DNA of 64,000 nt. Origin: Lytechinus pictus. Taxonomy: Eukaryota. The position numbers and the translations under genes are program-made. Each line of letters begins with the position of its first letter. Within the stretch, counting starts at the first letter, position 1. Positions 38,201 through 53,200 of this stretch are shown here, in pieces. The stretch lies in NCBI RefSeq assembly GCF_037042905.1, contig NC_087246.1:3348001-3412000 (forward strand). The letters run 5' to 3'. The notes under the pieces were generated by a model. The model worked only from the letters and a program-made list of their open reading frames with translations, did not search any database and was not told the DNA's origin.

Positions 38201-41200
38201 TGGTGGTAGCCCCAGAATGATGTTTATTAATTTTCACCATGGTCTAAACCAACTTCCTCTTTGTCTATTCATACCATGCCTTCAACCAGTCCATTGACTA
38301 AAACTGAGAGCAAACAAATCAACTTGTATTTTTAGCCATCATCTAGGCCTACACCATGTATATCTCCTGTTACAGGAATGAACTGTCGGAATGTTTGCGC
38401 GCAAGTGTGATTTTTCAACTGCCTTACTATATGGTTTTGAATTACATATAGTAACAATTTTGACACACTTAGAACATAGACGGTACCTTCATTTATTTTT
38501 TTTTCATTAAAATTAGTATGTACAGTATGTGATGTATGGACATTTTCAGTAAATAATGTTACTATTTTTTTAGTGACACAATTTCTAGAATATCTTAATG
38601 GCCAACCCATTTCCTCATGTTTGATCATTTTGTTTAATTACTGATTGGGGAAATCATCAAGTCTAATATTAAGATTAAGTTACTCTTGTGATAAATGTAT
38701 AATGTAACATTCTGAACAAGAAACGCTTAAACACTCGGTATGGGGTTGTTTTTACCAGGTTGTCTGTAAACATGGCCCCCTATTAAGATATAGCTTTATT
38801 GCTTTCTCCTTTTACATTTATTTCTCTCAAGTGCCAGCAATAATGCAATATGTGAGTTTTTCTTCAATGAAAACCCTGATGGTTACCCTATCCACACTGA
38901 TACCAAATTGAGTCTTGAGAATAATGAATATATTGTGTCTAAACATGATTCTAAGAACACTTATATTCTAAAAATTGTTAAGTGTGTGTATTGTTAATAA
39001 TCCAGTTACCAGGGAAACTAAATGAGGTTGATGACAGAGGTGATCTTCCACTGGACTTGGCCTTGTCTTCCAAGCAAGAGAGTATTGCCAGTGAACTGGT
39101 CAAGCACAAAGTGGACATAGATAGGGCAGATCGTCAGGGTCATTGTCTGCTGCACAAAGCAATCAAAAGAGGTGAGTTTATGACAGTTTTAGATAGTGTT
39201 TAGAAAGTTTCTAGCATAGCTTGCAAACATTTGGGTGGCTAGGATAAGACAGTACTTGACCCTCCTCCTTACATGAAAAAATAGACAAGCACATTAAGTG
39301 TGTTTGAATTTACAATATTCAAATCTATGTAGCAATTCAGATTTTGTTCTCATATACATATGCCTCATTGACATTAAAATTTTAGAATCATAAGGTCCCC
39401 TACAAATCACATTATTATTATTATTATCATCATTAGTAGTAGAAGTAGTAGTAGTGGCATTAGTATTCATATTAGTGGTAAGAGAATAACATTCCTGTCT
39501 ACAGCAATAATAACTTAAACTTGATGATCTAGGGTGTTATATTGCTCTTTATTTCTTTTAGTGGATGAATTTTCTGCCAACTTCCTGATCAAGTCTAAGG
39601 CCAATGTAAATGCTGCTACCCAGGGTGACAGAGAAACACCCCTTCACATGGTATCTGGTTTTAACCCCATTGTGACTGACCCAGCTCAGCTGGAAGGTAT
39701 GGTTAGGGTAGCAGAACAGATCATACAGGGTGGAGCCAACCCCAATGCACAGGATAGCAAGGGAAAGTAAGTAGGTTAAAAATAACCATGACTGGATTTT
39801 TCGACTGTTCTCTGGCTGGGAATGGGGGGGGGGGGGTGAATTAACACACTCCCCCCCCCCCCCCCCACTTTGAGATCTTGGCCACCAATCACTTGTTGAC
39901 ACCTAAAAAATTATGGAATGATAGTAGTGTGCAATGTATTCTACACTGCTGTATGGTTATTTTTTTCATAATTGAATTTTATTTTATATTAACTATGCTT
40001 AGTTATTCATAAATCATACTTTTCCCTCTAATTTGCTGAAATAATACTGGAATGCTAACTTTTGGTGTAGATATTGTTTGTAGCATTCCTAACAATTGCA
40101 TTTGAAAAATTTGGGTTTGAAAATCAATTCATTTAATGTTTCATTATTTTCTTGTTTATTTCTATGACTTTGGCTTTGAACTTTGTTATGATGATGATGA
40201 TAATGATCTTAATAATCATGAAGATGATATTGTTAGTGATGATGGTGTTTGTAATTGTAATGAGTGTGATGGTGATGATGATGATGATGCACAGCATTTG
40301 TATAGCGCTATATATCTGTCAAAGACATTCAAAGGGGCATTGGAGGAGCCAGCCAATCTGGGTAGCCAAGAAGGGCGCGCACACAGAACTGTGACCCGCA
40401 GGTCTCTCCTGATAACTGGGATGATGATGAGGAGGAGGACATGATGAGAATGGTTTTGATAATGGTAATGATGGCATTGATGATGGTGATGGTGAATTTC
40501 ATACTTGATACTTGCGTTATTGAATTCCAGTTGTTATGATTATGGAAAATGAAAGTATATATTTAGACTGAAAATTTCCTTAACTGATATTGTTAACATT
40601 ACATTTGTTTTTCAGCACACCCATTCACATTGCGATTGGAAGCGGAAACACTGCTGTGTTTGATAAACTCCTCACCCACAAATCGTAAGTATATCTATGT
40701 GGGTTTTATCGAATGACTCTTGTTGATAAATGAAAGTTTTTCTTACATATTTATATCTATGATATTTTCATTGATACTTCCAGTGAACATATAAATACAA
40801 TTTAGTACAAGGATACATTAACATTCTCACTTTTTCTAATAGAAATATATACAACAACACCAAATCTTAAGTGGGTCTTTCCATGAATTTGGGGTACAAA
40901 TTGTGACATTTCAACATAACTCAATACTATTTATACTGTACATTTCTTTTTGTAGGCTTTAAGACCATACATTTTATTGGAAATTTTGTGCTGTTTTAAA
41001 ATAATTTTTGTCTCACCTGCATAGCAGAGCAAAGATTATATGTACCGCTTTTCTGACGGCGGCAACGTCATCAACATTGTAACCAAGGTTAAATTTATGA
41101 AATGTCATAACTTATAAAGTATATGAGCCTATTTCTTAAAATTTGTCCATAATGGTAATCAAGTATCGACAGTCATCTTGCATGAGTTTCAGGTCACATG

Positions 41201-44200
41201 ACCAAGTTCAAAGGTCATTAAGTGTCAATGAACTTTGACCATGTTGAGGGTATCAACATTGAAAAGGTAAAGTTTTTGAATTGTCATCATAACTTTAAAA
41301 GTATCGGGATCTTGTTCATCATGCATTTTGAACAATATAAATTTCCATTAATAAGTCGTTTATAGCAAAGGGTTTCTAATTATGTCTCTCTTCCTCCCTT
41401 GCCAGATTTCATGATAAATCCATGAAGATTAAAGCTTGCACAAATAAATTTGATTGTATTATTTTTTTTTATATGACATGCATGCTGATTGCTTGAATGA
41501 TTAACAGCAGAGATATGAAGCTTGTGGTACAAGGCAGGAATATAATGATTGCTGTTAAAGGGGCACCAATTTTAATTTTGAAGAATGACAAGGATACACT
41601 TGATATATACTCTTCTCTCTTTCTTTCTTTCTTTGTCTCTTGTCCAGGATCAATTTTGATCTATTGAATAATGATGGTGATTCTGCTCTCTGGTGGGCTC
41701 TGGATAATACTGCCACTAATACCAGTTACAATGATGACAGTCTAGCTGCCAAGCTCATTAGAAGAGGATGTAGTCCTGATGCGATCAACCCACAAACAGG
41801 TAAGACCCTTGACATTTGACCTCTTGAGAAATTGTAATGATTCTACCCTTTGTTGGCCACTGATGATAATGCCACTTACTCTAGCTACAGTTATGACAGT
41901 CTACCTGCCAAGATCATTAGGAGAGGGTTTATCAAAAATTGAAGGACTTAATCAAAGTTACGATTTTGATAATTTTAAAATTTAAGTCCCTTTTCGATAA
42001 ATTTTCAATATGATGATTATCAAGAATCAGCAAATGGGTGGGTGTAACTTCAAGTGACAAGGCCGAGTTGATAGGTCATTTGGGGGTCTGTAAACTAACA
42101 TCTGGATTTTCAAGATGATTTTGAAACCTTAACTCCTAATTCACATTATGATGGTTATCAGATATGATCAAGTACATGAGTATATTTTTATTTCATATAC
42201 ATACAGTCTTGCACTAGGTTTTGATCAACTGGAATATGGATATTATGGACCAATAATTTATGAAAGAGGCAAAATAGAAAAGAATAAATTTTGCAGGGAA
42301 GATTGTATGAATGTTCTAGTCAGTAGCTACTCAGCTGATCCCTGGCTGAGCCATTTTGATGTATTTTTGTGTTGATTAATCAATTGGACAGACAATGTCA
42401 GTCATTCATCCAGGTTTTAAGTTCGGTATAGTCCCAGACTACGAGGGTTGGATTCACCTTGTACTCACAGAAATCACCCTCGCTACTCCTTCCACTTTAC
42501 TCCAATCAGTGCATCCTCCTTCCTCAATCCATTTCTATCTTGCTTCCAGAATACCCTATTCAGGTTTTATTACTTGTTCTGATATAATTAGAATGTAATA
42601 TGTGTGATTTCAGGTGATACTCTGATGCATAGAGCAGCCAGGTCAGGGAATGAAGAAGGAGCTCTTTTCTTAGCTACACATGGTGCTTCGCCAAATCTTG
42701 CCAATTTCAAGGTAAGTAATAAATTTAATACACTTTATCTTTCTTGACTTTAAAGCAGTACATCAAAATATGAAAAGTGCAGTCTGCATCACATTAAAAG
42801 AATAACCACTTGCAGAATGGTATCCAAAATGAATTGGGTAGTGACCATAATGCATCTTTGCTCTGTGCAAATCAGGGGCCAATTTTATAAAGGACTTACA
42901 ACTGTTGTAACTTTGCCATTATGGCAACTACCATTGAAACAGGGCTCAGCAGCCAATCATAATCAAGGTTACCATGGTAGTTACCATAATGGCAAAGTTA
43001 CAACAGTTGTAAGTCCTTTATGATGCAAAGATTTCAGTTACTTATAACAAATAGGGAAAAATCACTGACTACCCAAATTGAATTCAACAAACATCCACAA
43101 AAAATAAAAACTAATTTTGGTAAGAAAGACAGGGATATGGCATGCAATATAGCATTTTTTTTACCCATTTCTCTCAATGCATATTACACTTATCGCCAAA
43201 AAGACTTTGGCTTAAATATTTTTTTTTTAATATTCTTCATTTGTATTAGGTAACATCATGTATGGTTATTTATTTTCAGGGATAAGTTTTTTAATGGCTG
43301 TCTTTATATTTGTTGGGTATTCATGTAAAAATATATGTCCATCTCTTGAACAGGGAGAGACACCCCTCCATGCTGCTGCCAGCTTTGGCCTGGCCCGGCT
43401 CTCTGATCTCCTCCTCCAGAAGGGGGCCAACCCCAACACCCAGACTAGAGATACCGGTAGTGACCTCCCATCCCAGTTCAATTCCATTGGGTTTGGCTCT
43501 ACCCCATCAGAAACTATGTCCTCCTCAGCAGGTTCCAACCCATTCATGGATGAGGGATCCTTTGGAAGTGGTGATGGTGGTTTTGGAAAAGAAACAGGAA
43601 GAGGGGATGGAGGAGGAAATGGAGAGGATAGTAGTCTCCTTGTGGCCTGCAAACAGACCCCACTTCACATGGCAGTGGCAAACAGGCATGCGGAAGTAGT
43701 TGGTGTCTTCATGGAACATAGAAGTAAGCTCTCACTTTTCTTCATATTCAGTTCATATACTCTTTCTAAACATACTCTGTCAGACTTTCTCCTTAATTCA
43801 TTAAATGCTGATAAAGACTGTTGTACACAATTCTCCTTGTCACATATTGCTGATATTTATATTGGATGGCTCAGAATGGAATACCAGAGATATTCCAAGA
43901 GTTATGGGTAATATTGCACAAATTGAAGATGAGTGTAATGTTGGGCCCATCAAGTAGAATATTTCTTGTATTCCATGAAATAATGTCATCCAATATGATT
44001 GTCATAAAATCTACCCCACCCCCCTCCCAATGAAAAAAAAATGATTAAGCAACTCATGTCACTTACCGCAAATCAGTTAATACGGCCTCATTTCGTAAGA
44101 TCAAATCGATCATAGAAATGTGACAACATCTAGTTCATTTTAACGTCATTTAGTATATTGAGCTCTATGCTGCACATCAAATTACATTGATTGTTGTACC

Positions 44201-47200
44201 TGTTGTAAATTATGCACATTAGACTGTTTAATACGGTACCATATTGAACAGCAAGTTTTGTACAGTATGAGATATGGGATATTTGTTAGATTTCGATGCT
44301 TTGTTCAATATGCTCTCGTATTTAACAGGCAAATGATGTAGACTGAGATACCAATTTTTTTATGCATCGCTAAAACACTATGTAGATAATAATCGGCGAT
44401 ATCAATTATCAATAGTAGAAATTTCCTTCCAAGTACCCAGATGTGTTGTGAGGGTACTTTCCGTGCGAACAGCTGATCATTATCAGTTCATCTTTGTTTA
44501 CATCAATTTCATGAATGGAAACACTGTCCTGATCCTAATGCTCATGAATCACCCAACATCTCTGAAAAACCTTAATAAATTTATCTTCTGAATATCAAGT
44601 TTCATGTGTTTTCAGCTTCTTTCTACACTTTCTATATACATGTACTTGTATTCTTTTGTAAATTGAGACATTGATGCATTACACAGGTAGTACCCAGTCT
44701 CAGATTTCTTATAGTATTAATAGTTTATTCTCATTCAGAGGGCTGAAAGACCTCATTGTAATTTGCACTATTTACTAAGCATTATCATGATCTTTATTAT
44801 CACATGTAGTCCTTGACTTTAGTGGCTACCTTTCTTGAGAGGAATAATCATTTCTGTTTTGTCCCGTTCAAAGCCCAAGCCCTTCAAACTCAAGACGGTA
44901 TACAGATCATTCCAGACTTCAATCTTCGTGACTCCAATGATCAGACTGTTCTTGGCCTGGCCCTGTGGACTGGTCTGCACAGCTTTGCAGCCCAACTCTT
45001 ACATGCTGGAGCCAACATCAATTACACTACTGGAGAAGGTCTAACATTGCTTCATCTTGCCATTCAGAAGCAGGATACATCCAGTGCTTTATTTCTCCTT
45101 GAGCACCAGGCTGATATCAATATCAAGTCAGTAGCAATTTTTACTCTAAGTATGTTATGTGTGCAAAATTACTGAAGTAAAATAATTACAAATATTAAAG
45201 TTGCAATGAATAAAGCAGAATCTATAGTAAATGCCAAAAGAACAATTGTCATTATCTTCACAGATTAATTCAACACCAAAGTTAATCAACATATAGAATG
45301 ATGCCCTTTATAGAACGTAGTCTCCATGTGCTCCATGAAACACCGACTAGATCAATACCACTTCATATAATATAACCCTTTGCCTTTGACCTTTGACCCC
45401 TTATAGAACGAGAGATGGTGAAAACCCTCTTCAGCTGGCAATTAAGAGGCATCTACCAGTGGTTGTTGATGCTCTATGTGTGAGAGGGGCAAACATGAAC
45501 ACCCCTGATGAGAATGGAAACCCACCCCTTTGGGTAGCTTTAGAGAGTGGCCAGGAAGACATTGCCTCAACTCTGGTAAGGGTGCTTTTTAATTGGTATA
45601 GTAAGTGGTTTTATTACGGAACACATGCATTTACACATCAGAAAATTATTTTATATGCTTAAGAACTTTGCAACATTCTTCCCAAATGGAATTTGAATAG
45701 AAAGATGATAAAAAAAGGCCAAAATATCTTCTTACAGCCTTTATTTTCTGAAAATAAAGAAATGGTAAAAATAGCTGATCAGTGATTGATTTTCCAATTT
45801 TTCCTACAGAAAACACACATTCATTTTGTACATACCTACAATATTTTGTGACTCTTTGAATGAGGTAGCCATAGACATACAGTCAAATTTCTTTGAATAA
45901 TTCAAGTGTTTCTCAATGCATTCGACAGCGACGTTTATGCCACTAGTGAGAAATAGTTAATTGAACAAGGAATCAGAACCCCAGAAAGTATAAGGATTAA
46001 ACTAGCAGTGATATCCCAAGAAAACTGCAGCGTTTGCTAAAACTGAGGTTTGTAATTGCTTATAAAAGATAAGAAACACTGAGTATTATCGGGTGTAGAG
46101 TATACTGATATCTCTGGATTAATGAGCAGGAATAATGTCTCAAGAAGGGTGCAAAATGTATACAGGATTAGGAAATGATTTATTCTATTGTATCTCTAAT
46201 GTTACAGGAGGGCTCTGGTCCTCTTCCATGATACCGTTAGTTGGAAATATAACCAGACAGGGTCCTGTTGCATAAAAGTTGCCATTATGGTAACTTTGCC
46301 ATTCAATGGTAACTACCATGGTAACAAGGCTCAACAGCCAATCAGAATCAAGGATTCCATGAAAGATACCATTTGAAGGCTATTTACTATTTACATTTAC
46401 TATAATAGCAACTCTAATGCAACGGGGCCCAGGTGTATGTGGTTCAAATCTTATTGAGTTAATCATCTTTAATGATTGTTCATGTAGGTACGACATGGTT
46501 GTGATACGACGGCTTGGGGTCCAGGTGAAGGAGGTATGCAGCAGACATTACTCCACAGAGCCATTGATGAAAACAGTCAAACAGTGGCATGCTTTCTTAT
46601 TAGGAGGTGAGCTTCTAAAAACATTATACAAGACTTTGTGGAAAGTAATAAATTATGTTTGCTGCCACCTACTGTTTTTGTTCTTACATTGATATGAGCT
46701 GAAAATATGAACCTTGCATGAATGTATTGTGAAAACTAAGAATCATTCTGAATATATAGAATATCTGCCTTTTATTTTTGCTATGTTTCTAGTCCAACAA
46801 AACTGTGAATATGTTGAAGTAATTTTAAAAAAATCTTTGAAATATGTGACTGTGTAAATGAAAATAATGGATTATACTTAAAGCAAATGTTGTATTTTGT
46901 TTGTTAAATGCTGATTGACTGATCAAAATCAAGTTTTATTCATCATTTGTAATTTTAGTTTATTTGCTTTTTTTTAAGTATGTGTGATGTGAACAGTCCT
47001 AGAAGACCAGGACCAAATGGAGAAGGTCCAGATGAGGCTTTTGATGGTCAAGGACCACTTCACCATGCCAGTGAATGGGGTCTGGAACAAGTGGTCCAGT
47101 GCCTTATTGAGCATCAAGCAGATATAAATGCCAAGGTGAGTTTCATGTGAATAGTTGAATAAGGACAAGTCTGTAAAGATAATTAATCTTTTGTATGCCT

Positions 47201-50200
47201 CCAGGGCCACCATTTACCTTTGTTTGTCCTTTACTTTGTAAAACTGCTCAAACCATGATAATTGAGAACAGTACATTGTCAAAAGAATTAGAAAATACAG
47301 ATGAATATTTCAGGCTCGTCACATATACATGTATATTTGTTTACAGGTGTAAATATATGACATTGTGCTATTAAAGGGGGGGGGGTGACACAATAGTTCA
47401 TCCTCCTTTGAACAGTAGATTTGCTGCTTGAATTAATGCCAGTGTATTTTTTTCTCATCCCATATCAGGATTCAGAAGGTAGGACACCTCTTCACATAGC
47501 CATTAGCAACCAACACCCGACTATCATCAGTCTCATCATGTCTCATCCACTCCTGGATTTGACACTAAGAGACAAGGGTGGTTTGACACCATTTGCTGCT
47601 GCCCTCACCTTCAAGAATAACAAAGCTGCACAGGCTATACTTGATAGAGAACCAAGAGCAGCGGAACAGGTATGGTGGTGGTGATGGGAATGGTCAGGCA
47701 TCCAATTAAAATAGATTTCATGTAATATCGTAAAATTGATCATGCAAAAGTAATTTTTATGTAAACTCCCACTATTTATCATGTAAAACAAAATTTTATT
47801 TCATATATTCCTCATCAAAACTAATTCAAGGCAGACACATAGCACATTCATACAATCTAATAATGATACACATTTGGGGGATTTACCAAAGCTATAGGAC
47901 AGGCTTTAATATTGATTACTATTTGTATATGGTTTTCCTTAGACTTTCATTTAAGCTTAACTGTGCAGTTGATTTATGATTTATGTTGCAGGGTCCAGGT
48001 GATCTAAAACTCTTTAAAATAACGGTTTTGAATATATTTTCACAACAGCTTGACAACAAAGGCAGAAACTTTCTCCATGTTGCTGTTGAGAAGTCAGACA
48101 TAGAGAGTGTTCTCTTTCTTATCAGCGTAAGGGCAAATGTCACTTCTCGTATACAAGACTCATCTCAACTCACTCCGCTTCACCTTGCAGTCCAAGCTGG
48201 TTCTGAGATCATTGTTCGGAACTTGGTAAGTTCATTTCAATCATTTCTTTTTTTCTCAGTTTATCTTCTTTTGGTATGCCTCTGCAAGCCATATAAGTGG
48301 TTGCTAGAGGCATTATGTGTTTTAGTCTTCCATCCACCCCAGTTTTATCAATCAACATTTTCTAGGCTTGTGTATGTATGCAGATTAGAGTGACAATGAT
48401 CTGATTATTTTTTGTGTATCAAGGTTAAAGTTCATATAATTTCTATATCTGACAATGTCTAGATTGTACCAGAGCTTAAGAATTATATGACAGATCAACT
48501 TCAAACTTGTCTCATGTATTCATTTAGGAGTGACAGTGATTTGTTCAGATTTTAATATCTTCAGTGAATGAATGATTGAATTTATTCAAAACCAAACATG
48601 TATCATATACGCATGGAGGCGCGATAGCTTGGTCGGTAGAGCAAGGATTTCAGATTCCGGTGACCCGGGTTCAATTCCCACTTGGTGCACTAGTGCCCTT
48701 TGGTAAAGCATTTAAATCCTCATTACCAGATCCCTCGGAGAGGACATTAAGCTGTCAGTCCTCTGGTTGCTTGCTTACAGGCATTCATGCCTTAATAGCA
48801 ATCTTGTAAAAAATCACCACCATATATTATTACATGGATCACGGTACAGTACATTTATATTTTCAATCTCCCACTCTCACTGTCAAACAAGAGGACAGAC
48901 AACATAATCCAAAGTTCTGGTAATTTGTAAATGTTTCTTTTACTAATGGTGCTATTTCTGAACTGATTCGTTAAGAAGTTTCCTGCCCTTTTCTGTAAAC
49001 ACAAACACCTTTGATTTCTTTTTGTAATTTTCATTAAATTTTTGTTGTTGTAATAGTTATTAGCCGGTGCTGGTGTGATGGATCTTAACAACCATAAACA
49101 GAATGCTCTTCATATGGCTGCAGCTAAAGACCATTCAACAATCTGTAGTATCCTCATTGAGAACGGCATCAATGTGGATTCCAAAGATGACAATGGGAAC
49201 AGTGGTGAGTATTTTTATTATACTATGTCTACATTACTGAAATACTCTCTAAGGAGTAAAGTTTGTCTATACACTACATGCGAGCAAAACAGAATCCTAT
49301 GTCTCAGGCAATGATATATCTGTTAAGTGCTTACAGACATTGTTCCAATGTGATAAACACTATATAAAATCGGATAACTAATTTTACTCAGCTTGTTGTC
49401 TGGAGGTTTGTGCAAGGTGAAATGTCCCAACACCTGTACCCCCAACTCATATACTATCCCAAATGTCCCTGTGATAGATATAAGTATGGCATTTTTCATT
49501 TATTTTTCATAATCATGAGGATAATATTTTCATACTCTATAAAAAACATTCCATATTAACCTCCTTTATCTACTTTAATAGTTGCATTTTCATATTGTTT
49601 GAATTACTTTATCAGTTGAATATCTTCTTTGGATATTGCATTGATTACTTATATTATTATTAATTTTCAGAAAATTTATTAATTTACACACTATGAAAAA
49701 ACGTTGAAACATGAGCATAAAAGTACAGTATTTATTGTGCTTCTATCCAATTATACAAAAACTAAAAGAAAAACTCTGTTCTTTGAGTGAAGTTTGCACT
49801 CCTTGTATTGTGTTTGTACAGCTCTCCACATAGCAGTGCAATATGGAAACTTGAACAGTGCAAGAGTACTCCTTACTGAATCAAGCATTGATGCTGAGGC
49901 ATTCAACATGAGGTGAGTTAGCAGTCAGTCATTGCACTCTAAAGATTATTACAATCTCTTTGTGCTATGTAAGGTAGATTGCCACATGGTCTACACCCTC
50001 TTTGTATCCTTTCCATTTCGTCTCATCCAACATGGTCTAATCTTAGTTTGTCTACAACCAGTTCGTCCACTACTCATTTGGTTTAATTGCCATGTAACCC
50101 ATGTTCATTTTATCTAATTTCCGCTAAACTGTTTATCTAGTTTCCACCTGGTCTAACACAGCTTAGTCATTTGACAAAATAAAAAATAGTAATTAGAATG

Positions 50201-53200
50201 AAGCCAAAATGAGATGAACTCACCTCAATGAGATCAAATTAAAGCAAGTATTAGACTGAGTGAAGTGTTGAACAAACAGAATTAGACCAAATTGGTAGTA
50301 GTCCAAATGGGGCTACAAAAATGCCAACAATTCTGGATTGTTTTTTAGTTAATCCAATTTTATCAATCAAGTATGATTTTACCTGTCAAAAATAGGATTT
50401 TCTGATTTTCTGTTCTCTTTCGTTTCTGTCCCATCAAATTCACCATATATGTGCGTGCTGCATGCTATAATGCTAACGGCTGGGTATTTGTTGACTTTAT
50501 ATGCAGCACGGTGCCCTCTAAATCATCTTGAAAATATAATAATAGTGTCCCTGTTCGTTTTTTCTGTCAAGAGGTTGTCATATGTGGGTTAACCCTAACT
50601 AGGCCGGGCTTTTTTGGCTGTTCTGTGGCTGGGGGGGGGGTTGATTCAACCCCCCCCTGAGATCTCGGCCGCCGATTGCGCGAGCGCCGCAAAAATTTGC
50701 ACGCTGGTAGTGTGCGATGTAATCTACGAGGCTGTATGGTAAAATTTTCCAAAATAATGAGATTTTATTTTATATGAATTAATTATGCTAATTTATGCAT
50801 AAATCATACTTTTTGCTCTAATTCACTAAATAAAGTTCCTAGAATGCAAATTTTTGGTAAAAATATTCTTTGTAGTATTCTTAACAATGGCAATTGATAA
50901 AAACTTCGGTTTGGAAATAAATTTCTTATGTATTTTATTGTTTTATGAATTTCTTATGTATTTCTTTGTTTTTGTCTCACCTGCATAGCAGAGTGAGACT
51001 ATAGGCGCCGCTTTTCCGACGGCGACGGCGGCGGCGGCGTCAACACCAAATCTTAACCTGAGGTTAAGTTTTTGAAATGACAGCATAACTTAGAAAGTAT
51101 ATGGACCTAGTTCATGAAACTTGGCCATAAGGTTAATCAAGTATTACTGAACATCCTGCCTGAGTTTCATGTCACATGACCAAGGTCAAAGGTCATTTAG
51201 GGTCAATGAACTTAGACCATGTTGGGGGAATCAACATCAAAATCTTAACCTAAGGTTAAGTTTTTGAAATGTCATCATAACTTAGAAAATATATGGACCT
51301 AGTTCATGAAACTTATACATAAGGTTAATCAAGTATCACTGAACATCCTGCATGAGTTTCACATCACATGACCAAGGTCAAAGGTCATTTAGGGTCAATG
51401 AACTTTGGCCGAATTGGGGGTATCTGTTGAATTACCATCATAACTTTGAAAGTTTATGGATCTGATTCATGAAACTTGGACATAATAGTAATCAAGTATT
51501 ACTGAACATCCTGTGCAAGTTTCAGGTCACATGATCAAGGTCAAAGGTCATTTAGGGTCAATGAACTTTGGCCAAATTGGGGTATTTGTTGAATTACAGC
51601 CATAAATTTGAAAGTGTGTTGGTCTAGTTCATAAAACTTGGACATAATAGTAATCAAGTATCACTGAACATCCTGTGCGAGTTTCAGGTCACATGATCAA
51701 GGTCAAAGGTCATGTAAGGTCAAAGAACTTTGGCCACGTTGGGGGTATTTGTTGAATTGCCATCATATCTCTATAAGTGTATTGGTCTAGTTCATAAAAC
51801 GTGGAAATAAGAGTAACCAAGTATCACTGAACATCTTGTGCGAGTTATAGTAGTTTTCAAAATCAGCACTGCTGCTATATTGAATCGCGTGATGCAGGTG
51901 AGACGGCCAGAGGCATTCCACTTGTTCAACCTTTTGTTTTTCTTTGTTTTTTTCACCAGATTTATTGCACAACCTTTTTGAAGCATAATTATGCTAAAAT
52001 CAATTGCTTTCAGCTTTTTAAAGTAAAAATAATCATATCTTTATGAATAAGATGAGAAAACTCAGTTTGCATTGACTTTGTACACAAAATCACGTTTTGG
52101 AACAATTTTTGGTCTGACATGCACTTACAAAATGTTGCGTAATTTCGGAACCGCATACCCGGGCGTCGTAAATTTGGTCCCAAAAGATGCGCGAGACTTA
52201 AAAATATAAACTCTGCGAGTGGTGCGGTAAAAAAATTTCGCGCGGCGGAATGATCGCAGAAAATGTTGAGGGGGGGGTTGATTCAACCCCCCCCCCCCCG
52301 GCCATTTTAGGGTTAAGCCCATGTGGTATTAGACCAAGTGAGAAGTAGACGAAGTGGATATAAACCTGGGGGCCGTTTCATAAAGCTGTTCGTAAGTTAA
52401 GAGCGACTTTAAGAACGACTGGTGATCCTTTATTGTGGTAAATGGTATATTCATTGGCGATGGTTACGCGCGTAAGAAAGGTTCACCAGTCGTTCTTAAA
52501 GTCGCTCTTAACTTACGAACAGCTTTATGAAACACCCACCAGGTAGAAATTCTTTAAGATGCCACAATTGCCGATAGATTCATAAGGGATGATGAATTTT
52601 ACTGTGTAAGTTCCGTAGGTCTAGGATTATGTGAGTGGTTCAAGTGATACTATATCTGTATTTTTTCTCTCTTTACAGGGGTCAGACACCCATGCATTTA
52701 CTTGGGCAGTACGGCAGGGATAACGCTGCAGCTATCTTTGACCTGTTCAGGGAATGCATGCCCCAGTATCCTCTAGACAAGCAGGATGCCGAGGGCAACA
52801 CCGTCTTGTTGCTAGCCTACCAAAAGGGCAATGGGGCTATCTGCAGGGCGATTGTTAGGGCAGGGGCTAGTCTGGGTATCATGAACAAACAAGGCGTGTC
52901 TATCTTTAATGCTCAGGTGGCTACCAAGCAACTTCTCTTCAGGCTCTTAGGTATGTACTTCAACTACAGTGTGTTTCAAAACACAATTATTCAAATATTA
53001 AAATTTCAGAATAAAAGGTCACAATTACGTATTTCAAAGATTTAGTATATTCTTTCTATTTTGGATGCCTCAACGCACTGAAGATGGTTGCCTTTTGTTG
53101 TACAACTGAGAAATATCATCCCATTAATTCTTTTATGAATTTAGATCTTCACATAAAATATTTGCCTTCTCCCAAGAATCACACATATTTTCAAATTTAG

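Noticed and set aside
43266-43719. Antisense and alternate-frame ORFs over ANKFY1 exon 12
   Set aside because: Shadow ORFs of a long, GC-richer exon with no independent support.
48615-48690. Functional tRNA gene
   Set aside because: A and B boxes are present, but the acceptor stem does not pair cleanly and the sequence continues into a SINE body without a T-run terminator.
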